The notes beneath the pieces are model-generated. The model did no database searches. It saw only the letters and a list, made by a program, of their open reading frames with translations, and had not been told where the DNA came from. From Candidatus Tayloriibacteriota bacterium (GTDB lineage Bacteria > Patescibacteriota > Minisyncoccia > Phycocordibacterales > UBA6065): a stretch of DNA of 64,000 bases. Within the stretch, counting starts at the first letter, position 1; every line of letters begins with the position of its first letter. The position numbers and the translations under genes are program-made. The DNA lies in assembly GCA_016215405.1 (NCBI GenBank), contig JACRJQ010000005.1:11560-75559 (forward strand), written 5' to 3'. Of the stretch, positions 8,825 through 17,940 are shown piece after piece.

Positions 8825-9793
8825 ATGAAGAAAATCCTCGTTACCAGAGAGATACACGCGCTCGGCATCGATATGCTCAAGGCGAAGGGCTACGAGGTGG
8901 ACGTAGCGTCGGGGGATAGGCCTAAGACCCAAAAGGAGCTCATAAGGCTCGTAAAGAAGAAGCCCTATGACGCGGTCGTGACGATCCTCACCGACCGCAT
9001 CGACAAGGCCGTGTTCGATGCCGCGCCTCAGGCGAAGATCTTCGCGAATTATGCGGTCGGATACGATAACGTCGATATAGCCGAAGCTAAGAGGAGGGGC
9101 ATCGTCGTCACGAATACGCCCGGGGATTACTCCGGATGCGTCGCCGAGCACGCGATCGCGCTCATGCTCGCCCTGACGACGAGACTCGTCGAGGCGGACG
9201 CGTTCACGCGGAAGGGGAGATTCAAGGGATTCGCCCCCTTGGCGTTCCTCGGCACCGACCTTCGCGGCAAGACTTTGGGTCTTGTCGGCGCGGGCAGGAT
9301 AGGGGAGCTTCTGGCGAGGTTCGCTTCGAGGGGGCTCGACATGAAGGTCCTCTACAGCGACGTCGTAAGGAACGCGAAGATAGAGTCGGAATACGGAGCG
9401 GTCAAGGCGAGCCTCGACGAGGTGCTCCGCGCTTCGGACGTGGTGAGCCTTCATGTGCCGCTTCTACCTGCGACGGAGCACCTTATCGACGCCTCGAAGC
9501 TCTCTCTCATGAAGAAGACGGCGTACCTCATAAACACCGCGCGGGGCAAGGTCGTCGACGAGAACGCGCTCGTGAGGGCCCTAAAAGCCGGCCAGATCGC
9601 CGGAGCCGGGCTCGACGTGTTCGAGTTCGAGCCGAAGCTCGCGGCAGGTCTTTCGAAGCTCAGGAACGTGGTGCTCACTCCGCATATCGCCTCTTCCCGA
9701 GAGAGCGCGCGCTCGGAGATGGCGAGGATCGTCGCCTCGAACGTGATCGACTTTCTGGAAGGAGGGCAGCCGCTTAACATCGTTAATCCTTAA
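8825..9793 (+). CDS. D-isomer-specific 2-hydroxyacid dehydrogenase (glyoxylate/hydroxypyruvate reductase-like)
   Basis: NAD-binding GLVGAGRIG, catalytic region NTARG...D...HIASS; 322 aa. Confidence 0.85.
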   Translation: MKKILVTREIHALGIDMLKAKGYEVDVASGDRPKTQKELIRLVKKKPYDAVVTILTDRIDKAVFDAAPQAKIFANYAVGYDNVDIAEAKRRGIVVTNTPGDYSGCVAEHAIALMLALTTRLVEADAFTRKGRFKGFAPLAFLGTDLRGKTLGLVGAGRIGELLARFASRGLDMKVLYSDVVRNAKIESEYGAVKASLDEVLRASDVVSLHVPLLPATEHLIDASKLSLMKKTAYLINTARGKVVDENALVRALKAGQIAGAGLDVFEFEPKLAAGLSKLRNVVLTPHIASSRESARSEMARIVASNVIDFLEGGQPLNIVNP

Positions 9794-9797
9794 CCCT

Positions 9798-10439
9798 ATG
9801 GAACCGCTCCCTGGAAAGCTCATACTCGTCCGCCATCACGAATCGGAATGGAATAAGGCGGGCCTGTGGACGGGCGTGCGCGACAGGCACCTGACCGACT
9901 ACGGCTTTCAAAAATCGGCAGATATGGGTTTCCTTTTGAGGGACGTAAAGATCGGAAAGGCCTTCTCTTCCATGCAGGTCAGGGCTATAGAGACCCTGTC
10001 GTCCATGCTCGAGGCAATGGGGCAGTATAGGGTCGATATAGAGCATTCGAAGACCTTAAACGAGCGCGATTACGGCGAATATACGGGCAAGAGCAAATGG
10101 GACATGCAGAAGCTCGTGGGCGAGGAGACATGGAACAAGATACGCCGCGAATGGGACTATCCTGTGCCCGGAGGCGAGACGCTCAAGATGGTCTATGAGC
10201 GCGCCGTCCCGTTCTATCTCGAGAAGATATTGCCCGACGTGCGCCTCGGGACGAACGTGCTCGTGGTCGCTCACGGCAATTCGTGCCGCGCGCTCATAAA
10301 ATACATCGAGAGCGTCTCGGACGAGGGCGTATCGAAGGTCGAGATGCCCTTCGGCGGCATCCTCATCTACTCTCTAAACGAGAAGGGCCGCATGGTATCG
10401 AAGTCAGAGAGGCTCATAGAATCCCACGTAAACGCATGA
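9798..10439 (+). CDS. gpmA: 2,3-bisphosphoglycerate-dependent phosphoglycerate mutase
   Basis: Histidine phosphatase motif LVRHHESEWN, second His in VAHGNS; 213 aa. Confidence 0.85.
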   Translation: MEPLPGKLILVRHHESEWNKAGLWTGVRDRHLTDYGFQKSADMGFLLRDVKIGKAFSSMQVRAIETLSSMLEAMGQYRVDIEHSKTLNERDYGEYTGKSKWDMQKLVGEETWNKIRREWDYPVPGGETLKMVYERAVPFYLEKILPDVRLGTNVLVVAHGNSCRALIKYIESVSDEGVSKVEMPFGGILIYSLNEKGRMVSKSERLIESHVNA

Positions 10440-11236
10440 CGTCTTCAAAAGCGGCGATAGTGGCGACGGTCGGCCCGGTCTCTTCGGAATTCGAGACCCT
10501 TTTCTCTATGGCGAAGGCAGGTATGGACGTCGCCAGGCTCAATTACGCGTGGGGCTCGCGCGAAGAGAAGGAGGAGTTCATAAAGGCCATACGCAGAGCG
10601 GGAGACGCCTTAGGCAGGAGGATACCTATACTGGGAGACCTTCCCGGGCCTCGCATACAGGGCGAGGGCGGCCACACATACGACCCGGCAGGGAGCGTCA
10701 TAACTCCCGAAGATAGGGCTTTCATCCATTTCTCTGTAAAGCAGGGGATAGAGTATCTGGGCGTTTCGTTCGTGGGCAGCGCCCGGGATATCGAGGATTG
10801 CAGGAAGATAGTCCGCGAGGCGAAAGGGAAGCAGCGCATCGTCGCGAAGATCGAGCGCGTCGAAGCCCTGGTCCATCTCGACTCGATCATCGAAGCGGCG
10901 GACGCGATAATGGTCGCCCGGGGAGATCTCGGGAACGAGGTCCCTCTGGAGCGGATCCCTTTCGTCCAGGCCGATATAGTCTCGAGGGCGAATAGGGCAG
11001 GAAAGCCTGTCATCGTCGCGACCGAGATGCTCCTCTCGATGGTCGAGTCAGCCCGTCCCTCGAGGGCGGAGGTGACCGACGTGGCGAACGCGATACTCCA
11101 AGGAGCCGACGCCATCATGCTCTCGGACGAGACCGCCCGAGGCAAGCATCCCGTAGAGGCCGTAAAGGCCATGGAGAGGATAGCCTACGAAGCCGAGAGG
11201 CACCTTTCTGGAAAGAGGAGGTTCCTTAAGCTCTGA
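10436..11236 (+). CDS. Pyruvate kinase-like protein, barrel (A) domain only, lacking B and C domains
   Basis: PK motifs AAIVATVGP, GMDVARLN, KIE, MVARGDLG, KPVIVATEMLLSM, PSRAEVTDVANA, DAIMLSDETARG; only ~15 aa where the ~100-aa B domain normally sits; ATGA overlap with gpmA stop; the longer ORF 10283 start is not supported. Confidence 0.7.
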   Translation: MTSSKAAIVATVGPVSSEFETLFSMAKAGMDVARLNYAWGSREEKEEFIKAIRRAGDALGRRIPILGDLPGPRIQGEGGHTYDPAGSVITPEDRAFIHFSVKQGIEYLGVSFVGSARDIEDCRKIVREAKGKQRIVAKIERVEALVHLDSIIEAADAIMVARGDLGNEVPLERIPFVQADIVSRANRAGKPVIVATEMLLSMVESARPSRAEVTDVANAILQGADAIMLSDETARGKHPVEAVKAMERIAYEAERHLSGKRRFLKL

Positions 11237-11273
11237 TACTAAAGAAAAAGCCGCGCTACGCGCGGCTTTTTCT

Positions 11274-11795
11274 TTAGTATTCTATGCCTCGTACGGCCTT
11301 GCCTCCTTTGGCGAAGGGATGCTTCACCTCTCTCATATAGGTGACGAGATCGGCTTTCTCTACGAGCTCCTCAGGGCAGTCCCTGCCCGTCACTATTACG
11401 TGCTCTACGTAAGGGGCGATGTCGTCGATGAGCTTCATAGCGGCTTCGAAGCCTATGAGGTCGAGCTTCATGGCGTTGAGAAGCTCGTCAAGGACGATCA
11501 TGTGCCAATTCCCAGATCGCGCTTCGGAGCGCGCGTATTCCATGCCTTCCGCCGCCGCCTCGGCATGATCTTCGCGCGTCAGGGTGTCTCCCTGTATGCC
11601 CACGAATCCCTTGCCGACCTTCCGTATCTTGAAATATGGCGAAAGCCTGTCGCAGGCGACGTCTTCTCCCGATATCCACGGTCCCTTTATGAATTTGACC
11701 ATGAGGGTCTTCTTTCCCACGCCGGCCATCCTCATGCTCTGTCCGACCGCCGCCGATGTCTTGCCCTTGCCGTTGCCCGTGAATACGATAAGCAT
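11274..11795 (-). CDS. Cob(I)yrinic acid a,c-diamide / cob(I)alamin adenosyltransferase (CobA/CobO/BtuR family)
   Basis: P-loop-like VFTGNGKGKTSAAVG plus the rest of the CobA fold; 173 aa; adjacent to nrdJ. Confidence 0.85.
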   Translation of the reverse strand: MLIVFTGNGKGKTSAAVGQSMRMAGVGKKTLMVKFIKGPWISGEDVACDRLSPYFKIRKVGKGFVGIQGDTLTREDHAEAAAEGMEYARSEARSGNWHMIVLDELLNAMKLDLIGFEAAMKLIDDIAPYVEHVIVTGRDCPEELVEKADLVTYMREVKHPFAKGGKAVRGIEY

Positions 11796-11800
11796 GTCTT

Positions 11801-14131
11801 TTAGGCTATCTCGCAGACGCCCGAGACGCAGGCGAGCTCTTTTTTGACGTCGAGCTCGTTGGTCCGCTCGTATGTGATTATCTTCGAGTAGTCGATGTGG
11901 GCAAGTCGGGCCGAAAGCTCTTCGTACTTCTCCTGGGTGATCGTCTCATACGGCGCGAGCTGGTAGACATGGTTGTCGCGGGGAAGGAAAGAGAGGCCTC
12001 CGACGATGTCCCAATTCTTGTATACCCAGTTGCCGACCTCTATCCATTCTTCCTCTCCTACCGATATGGTCACCGACGGATTGTGATCGGTCCAGTTTAC
12101 CTTCACCTTTTTCCAGAATTCGAGGAGCTCGATCGCGGTAAGGTCGTTCTTGTACACAGAGTCGTCGGGGGCCTTGACCGGGAATTCCAGTACGTAGGTC
12201 GAGGCGTTCTCGGCCGATTGCCCGACCTCAGGGTAGTAGGGCACGCCCTGGTCCTTGAGCATCTTGAAGAGGGAATCTGTGGCCGAGATGCGTACGCGGC
12301 GGATGTAGTATTTCGAATGGCGCGGGTGCATGCCGGAGGAGCAGTCGACGGTCTGAGAGACCGTTCCCGACGGCTTTACGCACGTGATGCAGGTCGAGGC
12401 GTTTATGCCGAAGCGTGCGGCGTACTCTTTGTTGACCTGTTCGGTGACCTTCCTCATCTCCCGCAGGGTCTCCTCGTCTCGAACGGCCGGAGAGTCCCAT
12501 TGGCCGGTGATCGAAACGCCGAGGAGTCTCTCCTCCTCGCATCGCTCCTTCCATTCTTTCGAGAGGTAGGGGAAGTAGGTGAGGGTGGACTGATACGTGC
12601 CGAGGATGGTCGCGAGCCTGGTCTTTCGCAGAAGCTCCGCCTTCGTGTCTTCCTTGCGGGCCACGACCTCGGATAGGTTGCAGAACTGCTTCGACTGGAG
12701 GATTATCTCGCCGCACGGGTTCGTTCCGATAGGGCCGATGACGTTCCCGTTGAGGTCGAGATAGCCCTCGTGCTTCTTCCATGCCTCTATGCGGCGGGGA
12801 GGGAGGGTCTTTGCGAGAGACCCTCGATTGAATATGCCTCGCTCTCCGGAGCCCGATTTCATAAGGGCGACCCACTCGTCCATGAATTCGGTGTTCGAGG
12901 GCTTCGTCACGTATACGGCGGAGTTGTTTGAGAGCATCCTTTGAGGCTCGGTCTGATAGAAGGCGCCCTTCTTAGCGTCGCGGACGTCGGTATCGTCGAG
13001 GTCAGAGAGCGAGATCATCGCGGAGCGGCGAACCCCTCCCGCGACCACGCAATCTCCGATCATGCAGATGATATCGTGTATGTCTATGTTCCTGAGGCGC
13101 TTTCCTTGGCGCGAGAGCATCTTCTGGCGCGTGAAAGCGAGCAGACGCCTCAAAGGCTCTGGTCCCGACGCTTTGCCTCCCATGGTCTTGAGCCTTGTTC
13201 CGACCGGCCTGATCTGGCTGAAGTCGAATTCGACGTCGCTGCCCTCGACCCAGGCCTTGACGCCGGCCGTAAGGGAGTCCGCCCAGCCTTCTTTGCTGTC
13301 TGCGATCACATAAGTAGGCAGCTTCTTGCCTGTTTGGATCTTGATCTGGGCGAACCTCTGCACGTTCTGGCTCTCGACCGAATAGCCTACTCCCGTGCCG
13401 CACATAGATATGTACATGATCTCGGCGAGGTCTTCGAACCTTTCTGGCGCGATGAACGAGCAGTTGTAGGCGCAGACGTGCGTCTTGCGCGCGGCAGGTC
13501 CCGCGAACTGCAGGAGGCGCATCGACGGCATGATCTCCTGCTTGAGTATCGCCTCGCGGATCTCCTCGTACTCGCTCTCGGTGAGTTTGTCGCCGGCATT
13601 CTCCTTCATGAAGTCGATGTATCGCCCGACCGTCTCTATCCACGTCTCTCGGCGCGATTCGGAATCGATCCAGCGCGCGTAGGTGCGGTAATAGACGAAT
13701 TCGCCGAGCGAGTTCCTGAAATACGTCTTGCTCTCGAGGGCGAGCTTTCGTACATGCTCGGGGACCTCTACTCCGGTCTCGCGCAGCTTCGCCCTCTTGT
13801 CGCGATAGAGGATGAAGGCCTTTGCCGTCTGGACGTATTCTCCGAGGATGAGCTCTCTTTCTATGGTGTCTTGGACTCCTTCGACGGTAGGGACGAAATT
13901 CTTGTACTTCGCCGCAATCGACGCGATGTCGTCGAACACCGCGTCCGCGACCTTCTCGGCCTCTTGGAGCGACCCTTCCTGGGCCGACCTCATCGCTTTG
14001 TCGATGGCCGTCACTATCTTCTGGGGGTCGAACGCCGTTATGACGCCGTTTCGCTTCATGACCCTCTTTACGAGAGCCTCTCTCGACATGTCATCAGGCT
14101 TTCCCCACAGATTCTTTTGTTGCGACGGCAT
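11801..14131 (-). CDS. nrdJ: Class II (adenosylcobalamin-dependent) ribonucleotide reductase NrdJ with N-terminal ATP-cone
   Basis: ATP-cone VKRVMKRNGVITAFDPQKIVTAIDKA; RNR barrel motifs incl. NPCGEI, SNLSE; true start taken as MPSQQK (ATG at 14131), not the upstream in-frame extension. Confidence 0.9.
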   Translation of the reverse strand: MPSQQKNLWGKPDDMSREALVKRVMKRNGVITAFDPQKIVTAIDKAMRSAQEGSLQEAEKVADAVFDDIASIAAKYKNFVPTVEGVQDTIERELILGEYVQTAKAFILYRDKRAKLRETGVEVPEHVRKLALESKTYFRNSLGEFVYYRTYARWIDSESRRETWIETVGRYIDFMKENAGDKLTESEYEEIREAILKQEIMPSMRLLQFAGPAARKTHVCAYNCSFIAPERFEDLAEIMYISMCGTGVGYSVESQNVQRFAQIKIQTGKKLPTYVIADSKEGWADSLTAGVKAWVEGSDVEFDFSQIRPVGTRLKTMGGKASGPEPLRRLLAFTRQKMLSRQGKRLRNIDIHDIICMIGDCVVAGGVRRSAMISLSDLDDTDVRDAKKGAFYQTEPQRMLSNNSAVYVTKPSNTEFMDEWVALMKSGSGERGIFNRGSLAKTLPPRRIEAWKKHEGYLDLNGNVIGPIGTNPCGEIILQSKQFCNLSEVVARKEDTKAELLRKTRLATILGTYQSTLTYFPYLSKEWKERCEEERLLGVSITGQWDSPAVRDEETLREMRKVTEQVNKEYAARFGINASTCITCVKPSGTVSQTVDCSSGMHPRHSKYYIRRVRISATDSLFKMLKDQGVPYYPEVGQSAENASTYVLEFPVKAPDDSVYKNDLTAIELLEFWKKVKVNWTDHNPSVTISVGEEEWIEVGNWVYKNWDIVGGLSFLPRDNHVYQLAPYETITQEKYEELSARLAHIDYSKIITYERTNELDVKKELACVSGVCEIA

Positions 14132-14234
14132 ATAGTTTAGTAATTTCGTAATAGTGAAATCATTATAGCGATATACCCGCCGCAGCGAAGGGAAAAAGAG
14201 TGGATAACTCAAACCGCAGAGAGGTAAGCGCCAT

Positions 14235-14615
14235 ATGTCAAACGAAAAAGATCCTCGCTTGAAAAGCTCAGCGCCCCTGATATACTGGAAAACGTTAAAT
14301 ATCGAAACCGTGAAATCACCTCTACCACAGGAGGCATACCAGCGAAACGCCCATATATATAAGATATTGGCGAATTCGAAGCGTCTCGAGGTGCTCAATC
14401 TCCTCAAGAAGAGGGAGCTCTCCGTAGAGGAGATGCTCAAGATCACGAAGCTCTCCAAAGCTAACCTCTCTCAGCATCTCGCGCTCTTGCGCCACAACGG
14501 TCTTGTTCACACAAGGAGGGTGGGGCTCAATATATACTATAAGATCGTCGATCCAAGGATCGTCGAGCCGTGCAAGATACTCCACAGCCTCCGCCACAAG
14601 CATCTCGTCATGTAG
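14235..14615 (+). CDS. ArsR/SmtB-family transcriptional regulator
   Basis: wHTH: IYKILANSKRLEVLNLLKKRELSVEEMLKITKLSKANLSQHLALLRHNGLV; divergent from nrdJ. Confidence 0.75.
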   Translation: MSNEKDPRLKSSAPLIYWKTLNIETVKSPLPQEAYQRNAHIYKILANSKRLEVLNLLKKRELSVEEMLKITKLSKANLSQHLALLRHNGLVHTRRVGLNIYYKIVDPRIVEPCKILHSLRHKHLVM

Positions 14616-14625
14616 CGAGGATGAG

Positions 14626-14648
14626 GCCCGGGACACCCCGGGCTTTTT
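14626..14648 (+). terminator. Intrinsic terminator GCCCGGG-ACAC-CCCGGGC-TTTTT
   Basis: Perfect GC stem plus T5 after arsR. Confidence 0.8.
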
Positions 14649-14714
14649 CGCGTCCGAGAGGCCGCGGCATTTACTTTGGCGCGCTCATGTAGTTCAGTAA
14701 TTTATAAACATTGA

Positions 14715-14903
14715 AACTATAGGCGAGTGGTGCTACGCTCGGAAGTACCATCGGTTGTTGGAAGTGAGGTATCATCCCTCCACTGTGCCGCAACGGTAAA
14801 GTCCGCCCGAAGAGGGCGGAACGAGTCCGGTCGTCAGCCGATGCGTATCCCGAGCAGGAACGAGTAGCGCCTTCGCGCATACCTGCTTCGGCAGGATTTT
14901 TTT
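14715..14903 (+). ncRNA. Probable cobalamin riboswitch with terminator expression platform
   Basis: ~190-nt ORF-free structured leader containing B12-box-like CCCTCCACTGTGCCGCAACGGTAAAG and GGTG...GGAAG elements; ends in hairpin CCTGC-TTCG-GCAGG + T7 immediately before the ATG of a DUF4430 gene (a classic cobalamin-riboswitch-regulated gene). Confidence 0.5.
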
Positions 14904-15410
14904 ATGAAAAACAATTCGCGCATAGCTCTAAGCATCGCCTTCGCGCTTATCCTGTTCTCGACAGGAGCGGTCTTTTCGCGCCGCCCGCTCGTCGCCGAAG
15001 CGCCCGAGGCGCCGTCCTCCTCAATCCAGGCGAGGGAGGTCGTAGCGCCGTCTCCTCGCGAGGAGGCCCCTCTTCTGAAAAAGGCAGGGACTAGGACAGC
15101 GGAGGACGTCGCGCATGGAGAGGCTATGAGCGTATCGGTTTCGATAGGAGGCGAGGCTCGAGAAGCTCTGGTGCCGATCGGCGCCACCGCGTACGACGCC
15201 ATGGCGCTCCTCAGAAAGCAGGGAAAGGCGGAATACGAGTCGACATACTATCCGTCCCTCGGCCACTTCATAAAGGAGATCGCGGGGAAGGAGAACGAAG
15301 GAGGGTATTATTGGACGCTCTATATCAACGGAGAGTATTCGGAGAGAGGAGCTTCGTCCGCCGTCCTTACCGACGGCGATAAGGTCGAATGGAGATATGA
15401 GAATAAATAA
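14904..15410 (+). CDS. DUF4430-domain secreted protein (predicted cobalamin-binding, transcobalamin beta-domain-like)
   Basis: Signal/TM anchor then DUF4430 signature YYWTLYINGEYSERGASSAVLTDGDKVEWRY. Confidence 0.65.
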   Translation: MKNNSRIALSIAFALILFSTGAVFSRRPLVAEAPEAPSSSIQAREVVAPSPREEAPLLKKAGTRTAEDVAHGEAMSVSVSIGGEAREALVPIGATAYDAMALLRKQGKAEYESTYYPSLGHFIKEIAGKENEGGYYWTLYINGEYSERGASSAVLTDGDKVEWRYENK

Positions 15411-17352
15411 TCGAATGAAAGCATCTAGGGGGGTAGAGACCGCAGCTGTCGCCTTTTTCGCCGTCGCATCGTCCTTTTTCGTGGGAACGCCTTTCGCCGA
15501 GGCTCAATCGACGAGCACGCCGTCAGCGACTATAAGGCTCTCCATCGAAACGGCCACCACGACCCTTTTCGACGCCGAAATCGAGGTCCTGGCGTGTCCG
15601 GAGTCCGCATCGAGCACTCCGTTTTTGACCGGATACTGCGCCGTAGAGTCTTCGGGGCTCGATACGACGTGGTCGCCCTGGGGAGATATGCTCTTCCTCG
15701 ACGGCATCGCGGGATCGAACAACGATTTTTCGGCGGGGCTGTCTTGGAACTGGTTCTCTGACCTCGAATACGGCCAGACTTCTCTCGATGAGCATATCCT
15801 CGTAGAGGGGGAGAGCCTCCTTGTCGCCATAGGAAGGATGCCGCTTAAGATGTCTTTCGCGACCACGACCCCGGAAGTGGGCGCTACAACGACCGTCTCC
15901 GTATTCGAATTCGGCTTCGACGCGGGATGGAATCCGGCATGGCTCCCTTCGTCTACTACGACGGTGCTCTTTGCGGGCACGCCTCTCATCACCGACGCGA
16001 ACGGGCACGCCGATATCGTCGCGACGTCGACCGACAGCATCGCCGTCATCGCCGAGAAGGGCGGATTCATATCGGCGAGGGCGTCGCTTGCCCCCCGCGC
16101 CGCCGCGGTCCCTGCCCAAGAAAGCGAGCCTCAAGAGCCGCAGTCGAATTCGCAAAACCAGGAAAGCTCGGTGGTCGTATCTTTCCATCGCGCGATCGAC
16201 GCGGCGAAGGCGATATCGTTCCTCGCCGCGAATCAGAGGGAAGACGGCTCGTTCGGTTCCGACCTCTATACCGACTGGGCGGCGATCGCCCTGGCGACCG
16301 CCCCATACTCTGAGGCGCGCGATAAAGCGTCTAGGTATCTCTCTTCTTCCGCGCTCGCGAGCGGGTCGGCGACCGATTACGAGCGCAGGGCGATGGCTCT
16401 TATGGCGCTTAACATCGACCCGAGGACGGGTACGTCGGTCGATCACATAGCGAAGATCGTAGGATTCTTCGACGGAGAGCAGATAGGCGACAAATCTCTC
16501 GTTAACGACGACATCTTCGCGATATTTCCGCTCGCGAAGGCGGGATTTCTCGCGTCTGACGAAATACTAAAGAAGACCGTATCGTTCATCCTCTCGAAAC
16601 AGCGGGAAGGAGGGTCGTGGGAGGGGAGCGCCGACCTTACCGCCGCCGCGATCCAGGCGCTCTCATTGACGCCTTCTCTAGAGGGCGTAGGAGGGGCGCT
16701 CTCGTCCGCCAGAGGGTATCTCATGTCGCTTCCGAGATCCGAAGGAGGCTTTGGGAATTCCTACACGACGAGCTGGGCGCTCCAGGCGATAGCCGCTCTC
16801 GGAGAGAGCCCTTCCGCTTGGATGCACGAGTCCCTCGATCCGAACGACTATCTCTATGGCCTGCAGAAGGGCGATGGCGGGATAGGAGACGTCTCGCTCG
16901 GACAAAGCTCGAGAGTCTGGGCGACCTCTTATGCCGTACCGGCGTCATTAGGTAGGACGTGGGGGAGCATCCTTTCTTCGTATTCGAAGCCCCCGGGAGA
17001 GGAAGCGAGAGCGCCGCAGGCCCTCGTCGCGGCGCGGGAGCCTGAAGAGTCTAGCAGCGCCGCTACCACGACGTTGCCCGTCATTTCGCCCGTCCCTGTT
17101 CCGTTGCCTGAGCCTTTGGCCTTGATAGATGAGCCTGCGGCGTACAGCGAGACGCAGGAGGACCTTTCGGGGCCTACGCCCACGGTAGAGCCGGATATTT
17201 CGTCGAGGGAGCCGGCGAAGGAAGGGGAGTCTCTCGCCGCAGCTTTTGCGGCGGGCGGCAAGGAAGAGGCCAAGACGAGAGAGCTGGTCTTCATGCTCGC
17301 TCTGTTTCCTGTGGGAGGCTTCGCGGCTCTTTGGATTATAAAATCGCTATAA
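15397..17352 (+). CDS. Large surface protein: N-terminal DUF4430-like domain + prenyltransferase/squalene-cyclase-like alpha/alpha-toroid repeats + C-terminal TM anchor (transcobalamin-like architecture)
   Basis: Signal peptide; WNWFSDLEYGQTSLDEHILVEGESL (DUF4430-like); repeats DGSFG, EGGSWEG, EGGFGNS, DGGIGD typical of prenyltransferase alpha-toroid; Pro/Glu-rich linker; C-terminal LALFPVGGFAALWIIKSL anchor; 14-nt overlap with upstream gene. Confidence 0.6.
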   Translation: MRINNRMKASRGVETAAVAFFAVASSFFVGTPFAEAQSTSTPSATIRLSIETATTTLFDAEIEVLACPESASSTPFLTGYCAVESSGLDTTWSPWGDMLFLDGIAGSNNDFSAGLSWNWFSDLEYGQTSLDEHILVEGESLLVAIGRMPLKMSFATTTPEVGATTTVSVFEFGFDAGWNPAWLPSSTTTVLFAGTPLITDANGHADIVATSTDSIAVIAEKGGFISARASLAPRAAAVPAQESEPQEPQSNSQNQESSVVVSFHRAIDAAKAISFLAANQREDGSFGSDLYTDWAAIALATAPYSEARDKASRYLSSSALASGSATDYERRAMALMALNIDPRTGTSVDHIAKIVGFFDGEQIGDKSLVNDDIFAIFPLAKAGFLASDEILKKTVSFILSKQREGGSWEGSADLTAAAIQALSLTPSLEGVGGALSSARGYLMSLPRSEGGFGNSYTTSWALQAIAALGESPSAWMHESLDPNDYLYGLQKGDGGIGDVSLGQSSRVWATSYAVPASLGRTWGSILSSYSKPPGEEARAPQALVAAREPEESSSAATTTLPVISPVPVPLPEPLALIDEPAAYSETQEDLSGPTPTVEPDISSREPAKEGESLAAAFAAGGKEEAKTRELVFMLALFPVGGFAALWIIKSL

Positions 17353-17356
17353 ATCT

Positions 17357-17887
17357 ATGAACAAGAAGAACGTCTTATTATTCTCTCTCGGCCTCATCGC
17401 CCTCGGCGTCCTAGGCAGGCTCGCGCCGCATCTTTGGAACGCGACCCCCCTCGGCGCGATCGCTCTGTTCGCGGCGTCCTATTTCGGGCTGCGCATGTCG
17501 CTTCCTGTGACGCTGTCGATCCTTTTCATAACGGATCTCGCCATCGGGTTCTATGATTGGAGGATCATGGCATCGGTCTACGCCTCGTTCGCCCTCGCCG
17601 CTATCCTAGGCAGGCTCACGTCCCGCTCGCGCGCGCCGTACAAGGTCGGCCTCGCGGTGCTCGGCTCTTCGACGCTCTTTTTCCTCGCGACCAACCTCGC
17701 GGTCTGGCAATTCGGGACGATGTACCCGCACACGCTCTCTGGCCTCGCAGACTCCTATATCGCCGCGCTCCCGTTCTTCAGAAACTCGATCATAGGGGAT
17801 TCCATGTACGCCCTAGCTCTTTTCGGGTCCTATGAGCTCTACCTCTCTTTGAGGCCCTCTGCCGCTAAAGGAGCCGTTGCAGCCTAG
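17357..17887 (+). CDS. Small polytopic membrane protein, ECF-transporter S-component/BtuM-like (putative cobalamin permease)
   Basis: 176 aa, ~6 TM, N-terminal WNATPLGAI motif reminiscent of ECF S-components; last gene of riboswitch operon. Confidence 0.45.
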   Translation: MNKKNVLLFSLGLIALGVLGRLAPHLWNATPLGAIALFAASYFGLRMSLPVTLSILFITDLAIGFYDWRIMASVYASFALAAILGRLTSRSRAPYKVGLAVLGSSTLFFLATNLAVWQFGTMYPHTLSGLADSYIAALPFFRNSIIGDSMYALALFGSYELYLSLRPSAAKGAVAA

Positions 17888-17940
17888 GGTCCTGGCCCCC
17901 TGTATCTTGTTTTCGGGCCTTTTTTGGGTATACTTCTCAC

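Noticed and set aside
10283-10435. 51-codon N-terminal extension of the pyruvate-kinase-like ORF
   Set aside because: Overlaps the gpmA coding region out of frame and is Arg-rich. The PK homology begins at MTSSKAAIVATVGP, with an ATGA start-stop overlap
11801-14458. Upstream in-frame extension of nrdJ (first 109 codons of the ORF-track call)
   Set aside because: The extension is non-conserved, Phe/Ser/Arg-rich junk that overlaps the divergent promoter. The ATP-cone starts right after MPSQQK, so the start was set at 14131
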